Assembly: GCA_046757525.1 (NCBI GenBank)
Contig: JBHHYI010000106.1
Span: 1 to 14,236, forward strand
Direction of reading: 5' to 3'
Length of the DNA: 14,236 bases
Origin: a bacterium
Lineage (GTDB): Bacteria > Zhuqueibacterota > Zhuqueibacteria > Oceanimicrobiales > Oceanimicrobiaceae
Of the stretch, positions 7,316 to 14,236 are shown in pieces. Position numbers and translations under genes: made by a program. The notes beneath the pieces were generated by a model. That model did not search any database. It was not told where the DNA came from and saw only the letters and a list, made by a program, of their open reading frames with translations. Every line of letters begins with the position of its first letter. The stretch's first letter is position 1.

Positions 7316-9427
7316 ATGAAATATTGCAACAACCCGTTTGCCTACCAGCGTCGCAAAACCCGCGTGGTTTACATCGGCGACGTGGGCGTCGGTGGTGACA
7401 ATCCCATCCGCGTCCAGTCGATGACCATCACCGACACTCTGGACACTCGCGCCACGGTCGAACAGACCGTCCAACTCTACGAAGCTGGCTGCGAGATCGT
7501 TCGCATCACCGCGCCTTCCTTGCGCGAAGCTGAGAATTTGAAGCACATCAAGAACGAACTCCTCAAACAAGGGGTCACGGTACCTTTGGTGGCCGACATT
7601 CACTACACGCCCAACGCAGCCCTGGTGGCGGCTGACTATGTGGAAAAAGTCCGCATTAATCCGGGCAATTACGCCGACAAAAAGAAATTCGAGCATCGCG
7701 AATACAGCGACACAGAGTACCTGCAAGAATTGCAACGCATCGAAGAACGGTTTAAGCCGCTGGTGCTGAAATGCAAGGCCTTGGGTCGCGCCCTGCGCAT
7801 CGGAACCAATCACGGTTCGCTTTCAGATCGCATCATGAATCGCTACGGCGACACGCCGGAAGGCATGATGGAGTCGGCCCTGGAATTTGTGCGGATTTGT
7901 CAGAAGTACGACTTTCACGACATCGTGCTTTCGATGAAAGCCTCCAATCCACAGGTGGCCATCCAGGCTTATCGTTTGCTGGCGGCTCGCATGGACGAAC
8001 TGGGCCTGGACTACCCGTTTCATTTGGGAGTTACCGAAGCCGGTGACGGCGAGGAAGGGCGGATTAAATCTGCCGTTGGCATTGGTTCTCTGTTGGAAGA
8101 CGGTATCGGCGATACGGTGCGCGTTTCTTTGACTGAGGATCCGGTGGCTGAAGTGCCTGTGGCCTTGCAACTGGTCAAGAAATTCAATCAGCTTGGCTGC
8201 GAAGCAAAGCAGGCAGCGAAGCCATTTGAGTTAGGCCTTAACGGCAAGACTGTCAAGCTGCCGAATCCGTTTGTCTACAGCCGCCGGGAGACCCTGCCCT
8301 GCAACCTCGTGTACCACAGACTTGGCCACGGCGAGTTGCCACGCGTAGAGTTGTCTTTGCCGGAAAAGAAGCTGATGTCGAACTCGGCCCTGGGCAACAT
8401 TCTACTCATGGCAGCCCCGGATACTACCAGTCCGCTGAACGTGGTCGACCGATCCAATTTGTCCAACCAATACAAATGCGAAACGCTGCATTTGTCAGTT
8501 GAAAGCGAAAGTGAGCTGTTGCAATTGGAGCAGCTCAAGAATGCCTTGTTTGCCAGAGGGGTTTTCCTCCCGCTGGCAGTTGACGTGACCCAGCTATCCA
8601 ATGGTTCCGCAAAGGCTGCGGCGCTGGCAGATCGTTTAGTTTTTGCTCCAGCCCGGAATGCAGACGGTGCCGCGCTCACCAAAATCGTCCGCTTGGCACA
8701 ACTCTTTGGTAAACTGTTGGAATGGAAGCTCGGTCTCAGTTCACTGGGAGAAGCAGACCGACAAGTTGAAACCGGTCGATTGTCAGGGATCAGAGGAATG
8801 GTTGCCAACATCTTAGAAGTCTGCGAGGCACGGGATTACTGGAACGTGCTGTTCTCTTTGGCAGGCGATTCGGCAGGCAGGTCGATCATCGCTCCGTACC
8901 GGTATTTGGCCGGCGTGCTGGATGCCCTGGGCGCGAATCTACCCATTCTGCTGCGGTGGCGCAGCCACCAGAACCTGGACGCCGCGATTCTGGAGGCTGC
9001 CTCACAACTGGGTTCGTTGCTGTGCGACGGCATCGGCGATGCCATTCACATCGAATCTAATCTACAACCAGAAGACCTCTTGCGCCTGAGCTACAACATT
9101 TTGCAGGCCACGCGCTTGCGGATGACCAGAGCTGATTTTATCTCCTGTCCTTCCTGCGGCCGCACCCTGTTTGACCTGCAAACCACCACGGAACGCATCA
9201 AATCCAAAACCGGTCACTTGAAAGGAGTCAAGATCGCGATCATGGGCTGCATCGTCAACGGGCCCGGGGAAATGGCTGACGCTGATTTCGGCTATGTGGG
9301 CGCAGGCCCGCAAAAGGTCAATCTCTTTGTCGGCAAAGAATGCGTGGAACGCAACGTCCCGGAACAAATGGCCGACGAACGCTTGATTGAGTTGATTAAA
9401 GCCCACGGCAAATGGGTGGCGCCTTGA
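7316..9427 (+). CDS. ispG: (E)-4-hydroxy-3-methylbut-2-enyl-diphosphate synthase, long three-domain form
   Basis: 703 aa. Motifs PIRVQSMT, GCEIVR, PLVADIH, RINPGN, RIGTNHGSLS, SMKAS, HLGVTEAG, GIGDTVRVSLT, and 4Fe-4S ligands CPSCGR and MGCIVNGPGE. Confidence 0.97.
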   Translation: MKYCNNPFAYQRRKTRVVYIGDVGVGGDNPIRVQSMTITDTLDTRATVEQTVQLYEAGCEIVRITAPSLREAENLKHIKNELLKQGVTVPLVADIHYTPNAALVAADYVEKVRINPGNYADKKKFEHREYSDTEYLQELQRIEERFKPLVLKCKALGRALRIGTNHGSLSDRIMNRYGDTPEGMMESALEFVRICQKYDFHDIVLSMKASNPQVAIQAYRLLAARMDELGLDYPFHLGVTEAGDGEEGRIKSAVGIGSLLEDGIGDTVRVSLTEDPVAEVPVALQLVKKFNQLGCEAKQAAKPFELGLNGKTVKLPNPFVYSRRETLPCNLVYHRLGHGELPRVELSLPEKKLMSNSALGNILLMAAPDTTSPLNVVDRSNLSNQYKCETLHLSVESESELLQLEQLKNALFARGVFLPLAVDVTQLSNGSAKAAALADRLVFAPARNADGAALTKIVRLAQLFGKLLEWKLGLSSLGEADRQVETGRLSGIRGMVANILEVCEARDYWNVLFSLAGDSAGRSIIAPYRYLAGVLDALGANLPILLRWRSHQNLDAAILEAASQLGSLLCDGIGDAIHIESNLQPEDLLRLSYNILQATRLRMTRADFISCPSCGRTLFDLQTTTERIKSKTGHLKGVKIAIMGCIVNGPGEMADADFGYVGAGPQKVNLFVGKECVERNVPEQMADERLIELIKAHGKWVAP

Positions 9428-9456
9428 ATATGGGTCTTTCAGAGACGCAGGACCAC

Positions 9457-9488
9457 AAAAAGGCGGGTTTAACATACCCGCCTTTTTT
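9457..9488. terminator. Bidirectional intrinsic terminator between convergent ispG and metalloprotease genes
   Basis: aaaaaggcgggt-ttaacat-acccgcctttttt: a GC stem with an A-tract before and a T-tract after, starting 30 nt after the ispG stop. Confidence 0.9.
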
Positions 9489-9629
9489 GATTCATCTTAC
9501 CGGAAAAATTCGGGACAAGATTTTAGCCCCGGATTTCTACTGAATTCTGGAGCTGGGATGCCCAGTGGCAGTCCGTGGTCCTTTGGTTGGCTTATGCACA
9601 CAACATGCGTCTTTTGTGGCCTGCCGGAA

Positions 9630-12158
9630 TTAGCGCAATAGCACCATCTTCTTGCTCTGCACGAAGTTGCCGGCCCGCAACTGATACACGTAAACCCCGC
9701 TGCTGACCTGAACCCCCAGATCGCTGCTACCGTCCCAGGCAATGGTGTATTCGCCTGCGGTTTGTTTTTGTGCAATCAGCGTGCGAATCTTTTGTCCCAG
9801 AATGTTGTAAATCTGCAATCTCACCGTCTGATTGGAGTGTGACACAGGAATCGAGTATTTGATCAGCGTCGTGGGATTGAACGGATTGGGATGGTTCTGC
9901 TGCAAGGCGTATTGCGTGGGCAAGCCTGGCGTCTCATCGGCAACAGCGGTGGTGGTGATTTCTACCTGGACTTCATTGGAAGGGCCGGATTCGCCCAGGT
10001 CATAAACAGCCGTCACCTGGTAGAAAAAGGTGCCTTTGTTTAGGTTCTCATCTAAAAAGGAAATCGTGGTCGCATTCAAGCTTGTGATCAAGGTGCCGTT
10101 GCTCCTGGCGTTTGCCGAGGTCGCCCGAAAGACATTGAAGCCTTGCAAGATGGCTGTTGGCGAGGCCGGGCTGCTCAGAAATAATGGCACGATGCCGGGC
10201 TGGTGTTCCGCGTCTGTATCTGAGGCCATGGCAACCTGACCCGCTTCCACGGGTTGGCTCAATGCTTGCGCGGCTCGTCCGTCGAGTACGTCGGCTCCAC
10301 TCCGTTGCAATTTACCAGTGGGCTGCGGAGTCAGTGTCACCCGACGGGATTCCGGGGCGGCTGTGGCGGAAGAATTGACGGTCACGACCGCTCTAATTCC
10401 CAGCGCGCCCTCGACACCTCCGGCTGCCAGAGAGCTAAACACCCCGTCTAAGTTGCTGTCGAAAAATGACTTGCCTGAAGCCGCCGTGGTGTCGACCAGG
10501 ATGCCGTTGCCTTGAGATCCGGGTTGAAAGACGCCGATGAAAAATCGCCCCCCACTGCTCAGGCTTAACCCCAGCGAGTTCAAGTCCACTTCCTGAAACG
10601 CACCGCCGGTACCTATGATGACCGAGTCAATAGTCGCCACCAACAAACTACTTGAAGGAATGTTGGCTGTGCCGGTGTCGTCAACATAGATCCGGATGTC
10701 GACGGGATCGCCTGTGCGATCGCCGCTGGTAATAAACTTGGCGGATCTGATAGTGGCCGGAAAAGCCGGCGGAATAAACGGGCCGTTGGCAAATTCTATG
10801 GGTGAGGTTTGCACCAGTTTGATTTGAAAGGAACCGCTATCAAAGGCCAGCTCAAACTCCTGAGCCGAAGAAGGGTCGTTCCAATTCAAGGTCACATCGT
10901 TTTGTGAAACGGTGGCTGCTAAATTCAGGGGCGGATTCAGGAACTCAGTTTGCTCATTCAATATGATGTCGATGCCTGAGGTGCCGGCGCCAGTTGCCGC
11001 AGTAACGTTGGTACTGTTGAGCGGATCATCGACGTTGTTGTCGGAGGATTCGTTGGCGCCGTTGTAGAATTCTTCCGGGGCAGGCAATATGAGTGGAGGG
11101 TCTATCGGCCCCACGCTGGACCCCTCGGTAAACTGCTGATTGACATTGACAATTTCAACGGTGTATTGACCTCCGGGGCTTAAGCCGGGGATTTCATAAG
11201 CCCCTTCCTCTCCGGCAGGAGGTGAGCCGCCGGCAGGTATGTTGGTAGATGAATTATCCAAAGCTCCGGAAACGTTGGAGGCGGCTTCCATAAATGGGTT
11301 GGCGGGATTTCTCACAATGACGTTGGCCCCTTGCAGCAGGGTGGTTCCGTCGCTTTGCAGGATGCTGCCGCGAATGGTGCCAAAGTTGCCCGGGAACCCC
11401 CCTTTGGGATAAAGATTAGAGATCCAGATGATGTCGTCGAATTGGGGCGTGTTGGGTTGACCGGGCACCAAAATCGGGAACATGAGATTGACCGAGCTGA
11501 TGGGCGGTGTACCATAAGTGACAAAACCCGGATCGTCGCTGTCGCCAAGAAAGAATTGCCCGTTGATCTGCGTGTGGTCCAGATTCAAAAAGTGTCCGAA
11601 CTCGTGTGCAAAAACGCCGCCGAAATCCTCGAGTGAAATTTCGCGGCCATCGCTGTTGTCGCCGTCGATGAACGCACCATTGAGAACCGCAAGCCCTTCG
11701 GTAATATAAAACGGTGCCACAGTCCGGATGAATTCGGGCGTGGCAAATCCAATGACTCCCGGGGGAAGGCCCATGGCGTCTATGATTGAACCGTCGGTGT
11801 CAAAGATGATCGGGCTTTTGCCGTCGTTCTTGCTCGAAACCAGATTAAAGGTCGAATCGCTGTTGACATCCATTGCCAGGGCCCCGGCGTTGGTGAAACT
11901 CAACGAACTGGTGGGAATATTGCCGGTAGCCCAGACATCAAACTTGTCGGTGACAAAAGTAACCGCGTCGGCATTGGTCAAAGTTCCCAGGGGCCCAAGG
12001 TCCGGGTTGAATGGCACCGCCAGCGCCGGGTTCCATTTGAAAGGGATGCCCGTCGAGGTAACTACTGTATACCCACCGCCGTAAACGGTCGCGCCGAACA
12101 GCACCAGAAAAGCAAATAACAGGGAGCAGTTTGTGAGAAATGTTCCTTTAGTTTTCAT
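9630..12158 (-). CDS. Secreted metzincin (matrixin/pappalysin-like) metalloprotease with carboxypeptidase-regulatory-like domain, interrupted FN3 domain and FlgD-Ig/T9SS-type CTD
   Basis: Start moved to ATG 12158 (SD AAGGAG at 12170-12165), giving 842 aa. Signal peptide MKTKGTFL...ATVYG; zinc motif HEFGHFLNLDH (11606-11574); putative Met-turn NLMFP; GTIRGSIL...LQGANV; FN3 halves PPLNLAA...VTLNW and GFNVFR...FYQVTAVY..GES..SN; CTD QNHPNPFNP...KKMVLLR. Confidence 0.88.
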   Translation of the reverse strand: MKTKGTFLTNCSLLFAFLVLFGATVYGGGYTVVTSTGIPFKWNPALAVPFNPDLGPLGTLTNADAVTFVTDKFDVWATGNIPTSSLSFTNAGALAMDVNSDSTFNLVSSKNDGKSPIIFDTDGSIIDAMGLPPGVIGFATPEFIRTVAPFYITEGLAVLNGAFIDGDNSDGREISLEDFGGVFAHEFGHFLNLDHTQINGQFFLGDSDDPGFVTYGTPPISSVNLMFPILVPGQPNTPQFDDIIWISNLYPKGGFPGNFGTIRGSILQSDGTTLLQGANVIVRNPANPFMEAASNVSGALDNSSTNIPAGGSPPAGEEGAYEIPGLSPGGQYTVEIVNVNQQFTEGSSVGPIDPPLILPAPEEFYNGANESSDNNVDDPLNSTNVTAATGAGTSGIDIILNEQTEFLNPPLNLAATVSQNDVTLNWNDPSSAQEFELAFDSGSFQIKLVQTSPIEFANGPFIPPAFPATIRSAKFITSGDRTGDPVDIRIYVDDTGTANIPSSSLLVATIDSVIIGTGGAFQEVDLNSLGLSLSSGGRFFIGVFQPGSQGNGILVDTTAASGKSFFDSNLDGVFSSLAAGGVEGALGIRAVVTVNSSATAAPESRRVTLTPQPTGKLQRSGADVLDGRAAQALSQPVEAGQVAMASDTDAEHQPGIVPLFLSSPASPTAILQGFNVFRATSANARSNGTLITSLNATTISFLDENLNKGTFFYQVTAVYDLGESGPSNEVQVEITTTAVADETPGLPTQYALQQNHPNPFNPTTLIKYSIPVSHSNQTVRLQIYNILGQKIRTLIAQKQTAGEYTIAWDGSSDLGVQVSSGVYVYQLRAGNFVQSKKMVLLR

Positions 12159-12187
12159 AGTTTTCTCCTTGAAATACTTCAATTGAT

Positions 12188-12817
12188 TTATTCTTTTGTC
12201 ACCATCTTTCTAACCAGAGATAAAAAATCTTCATAATCGATGGGACCTTTCTTGTTCTTCATCAATACCCTTTCTGTTGGGGACAAAGCTTTGTTCAAGG
12301 TCAAGGTGGCTGTTTCCAAGTTTTTAAACAACCCTAAGTTGCTCACGCCGTTGATGACTTTCTTGGCTCCGTTGCTGTCTTCCAGAATTAGAAACGCTCC
12401 CTGGTAAAGCCCTGCGGGACTGGTTAAGCCGAGTTTGCTGTCGCCGATCAAGAACAAAACATACACTTTGCCTTCCTGGTACACGGGCATGCCGGGCACG
12501 CGACCGACGTAAGCAAGGTCCTGCCTCACCTGTTTCGGCTTGGTGAGCCCATACTGCCGAATGGTGAGGGTGGGGCCCAGATTCCCTTTGATGGATTCCA
12601 GGATTTCGAAGGTATACTCCGTATACGGTGGCGAGTCGCCGTTTGGCTGATAATGTTCGGAAACGGAAGTGCATTTACCAGCAAAAATCCGCCTGGCGCT
12701 TTTGGCCAACTGCTGTAAATTGCGATGCAGCACCACAGAACTGAGGGCACTGGTAACGAACAGGCCTAAAGCCAAAGCCACAGCGCCCCATTTAGTGAAG
12801 GTGAGTTTTTGGTACAT
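12188..12817 (-). CDS. Exported hypothetical protein with TIMP/NTR-like (OB-fold) sequence pattern
   Basis: 209 aa, with strong SD AAGGAGG (12829-12823). Signal peptide MYQKLTFTKWGAVALALGLFVTSALS; pattern L.QL...A..IF.G.C..V...YTEYTFEILESIKG...G.P.Y..G..YVLFL. The CDS is well supported; the fold call is by eye only. Confidence 0.75.
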   Translation of the reverse strand: MYQKLTFTKWGAVALALGLFVTSALSSVVLHRNLQQLAKSARRIFAGKCTSVSEHYQPNGDSPPYTEYTFEILESIKGNLGPTLTIRQYGLTKPKQVRQDLAYVGRVPGMPVYQEGKVYVLFLIGDSKLGLTSPAGLYQGAFLILEDSNGAKKVINGVSNLGLFKNLETATLTLNKALSPTERVLMKNKKGPIDYEDFLSLVRKMVTKE

Positions 12818-12876
12818 GAGGTCCTCCTTGGTGAGTGGATGGGGTTGATTCGTCCAGTAGAATCTGCTAGACTAAC

Positions 12877-12904
12877 AAAATAAATTATTTAATGATTATG
12901 TCAA
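12877..12904 (-). promoter_or_regulatory. Putative sigma70-type promoter for the 209-aa/metalloprotease operon
   Basis: On the minus strand: TTGACA (12904-12899), 16 nt, TATTTT (12882-12877), with AT-rich upstream sequence. Confidence 0.55.
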
Positions 12905-13092
12905 GAAAATAATCAAATTGCAACAATTTTTTAATGGTTTTATTCATATTAGCCAGGAATTTGCAGAGGTGAGAGAAGGGCCTTGTGTGGGCGTGGCGAC
13001 CTTGAGACGCGCTGCACCGCGGGGGAGAATAAAGAGAGGGACGTGTTGCTTACCAACCCGACCGATAAAGCGCCGGGATCAAGGCAGAGAGA

Positions 13093-13680
13093 TTAGCCTG
13101 ATGGAAAATCGTCAGTGGATTGGATGATTTTAGACAGCAGGCCATATTCTTTGGCTTCACCCGGGTTCATCCAAAAATTGCGGTCCGTGTCCTTTTCAAT
13201 CTTTTCCAACGGTTGCCCGGTTTGTTTGGCGATGATTTGATTTATGCGCCGCTTCATTTTCACGATTTCTTTGGCTTCGATGCCAATATCGCTGGCCTGG
13301 CCGCCAACTCCGCCGCTGGGTTGGTGCAGGAGAAATCGGGTATTGGGCAAACAAAATCGTTGCTCCAAAGGAACAGCCAAATAGATCAAAGCACCTGCAC
13401 TGGCCACCCAGCCGGTGCCAATCATGTTGACTTTGGGCTTGACGAATTGGATCATATCGTAGATGGTGTCGCCGGATTCCACGTGGCCGCCCTGTGAATT
13501 GATGAACAGTTTTATGTCTTTGTCGGACTCGGCAGACAACACCAGGAGTTGCTCACTGATGTCGCGGGCCAATTCTTGCGTGATCTCTCCGAAAATAAGG
13601 AGGGTCCTGGTCTTAAAAAGCTTCTCATCAAGTCTGGACCGGAAGCTGTCATTGTTTTGTGAAGCCGAGGAAAATGGCAT
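13093..13680 (-). CDS. clpP: ATP-dependent Clp protease proteolytic subunit, short secondary-isoform type
   Basis: 195 aa, with SD GGAGGTGA adjacent to the start. Motifs FINSQGG, VASAG (catalytic Ser), LLHQPSGG (His), [15 protein letters not shown]. Confidence 0.95.
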   Translation of the reverse strand: MPFSSASQNNDSFRSRLDEKLFKTRTLLIFGEITQELARDISEQLLVLSAESDKDIKLFINSQGGHVESGDTIYDMIQFVKPKVNMIGTGWVASAGALIYLAVPLEQRFCLPNTRFLLHQPSGGVGGQASDIGIEAKEIVKMKRRINQIIAKQTGQPLEKIEKDTDRNFWMNPGEAKEYGLLSKIIQSTDDFPSG

Positions 13681-13822
13681 GTCACCTCCGTAAGGTTTGA
13701 AGTTTCATATTCAGTGGCCTTACTTGAGTTTTAGTACACCAGTGCTGAGTAATCCAAGAAATGCTTAGCTGTCAATCGGTATTATTCAAGTCAGACACGG
13801 CTAAAAATACAACTCTGTGAAA

Positions 13823-14161
13823 TTATTTGCAAGATAAAATTTTTAAATCTGTACCTTCTACCAACACGGGATACGCTCTCACGTCGCTTTGGTGCGGGCC
13901 AATCAGGCCTTTGCCGGTCTTGAGATCAAAGCGAGCCCCGTGCCAGGGACACATCACGGTCCCCACGGAAACTTCGCCTTCGCTCAACGGACCGTTGCGA
14001 TGCGGACACAAATTGTCTAAGGCATAGTAAGTACCCTGAACGTTGAAGATCACCACTTCCTTGGTTTGAAACTGAATCACCAGGTTTTGACCCTCTGCAA
14101 TTTCCCACGTGTTGGCCACCTTAACGAAATGCGCCGCCTGATCTTCTCCCGAGTTATTCAT
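13823..14161 (-). CDS. Rieske [2Fe-2S] ferredoxin (dioxygenase ferredoxin / NirD-like)
   Basis: Motifs CPHRNGPLSEG and CPWHGARFDLKTG. ATG at 14161 gives 112 aa, a typical size. The GTG at 14224 adds 21 residues with no recognisable homology, so the start is uncertain. Confidence 0.9.
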   Translation of the reverse strand: MNNSGEDQAAHFVKVANTWEIAEGQNLVIQFQTKEVVIFNVQGTYYALDNLCPHRNGPLSEGEVSVGTVMCPWHGARFDLKTGKGLIGPHQSDVRAYPVLVEGTDLKILSCK

Positions 14162-14236
14162 TTGGGTTCCATAAAAGTCCTCGCAATCCCACAACCGGAT
14201 TGCTTTAAATGCTGGAAACGCCACTGGCAGCCCTGC

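Noticed and set aside
3586..8811. Long antisense or alternate-frame ORFs (3586-4287, 6235-6759, 7265-7813, 8275-8811 and others)
   Set aside because: They are shadows of well-supported genes with GC-rich codon usage and show no recognisable motifs.
11574..11606. Asn instead of Gly in the zinc motif (HEFGHFLNLDH) as a sign of an inactive protease
   Set aside because: HExxHxx(G/N)xx(H/D) is within the known metzincin consensus (e.g. ulilysin-type pappalysins). All three His and the Glu are present.
12159..12182. Upstream TTG start for the metalloprotease (and likewise GTG 3454 for M28)
   Set aside because: These extensions contain the Shine-Dalgarno sequences of the downstream ATGs (12158 and 3469), which give canonical signal peptides.
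13731..13748. CIRCE (HrcA) operator upstream of clpP: TTAGTACAC-CAGTGCTGA
   Set aside because: Each half matches 7/9 of the CIRCE arms, but the required 9-nt spacer is absent.

Overview
Bacterial chromosomal window, about 14.2 kb. Three proteins end in a QN(Y/H)PNPFNP FlgD-Ig/T9SS-type C-terminal sorting domain (CTD) and IspG is the long form, which suggests an FCB-group organism such as KSB1/Calditrichota-like (inference only). The left end (1-3400) looks accessory. It holds the 3' part of an FG-GAP/ASPIC-UnbV secreted-protein gene, an oppositely oriented COG1373-type AAA+/DUF4143 ATPase with a near-consensus promoter and a perfect 20-bp palindrome on its start, and a 5'-truncated FG-GAP gene. 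The two FG-GAP genes share a GC-rich CTD segment, about 85% identical over 156 nt, fused to AT-richer passenger sequence. The middle holds an M28 peptidase and a YtcJ-like amidohydrolase (both predicted lipoproteins) and ispG. On the minus strand at right are a Rieske ferredoxin, a ClpP with a Ser-His-Asn triad, and a two-gene operon. The operon encodes a small exported TIMP/NTR-like protein directly upstream of a metzincin metalloprotease with no apparent pro-peptide; this is the best candidate for an undescribed protease/inhibitor system. Most spacers from 2281 to 9554 carry different REP-like palindromes. No rRNA, tRNA, CRISPR array, transposase or integrase was recognised.
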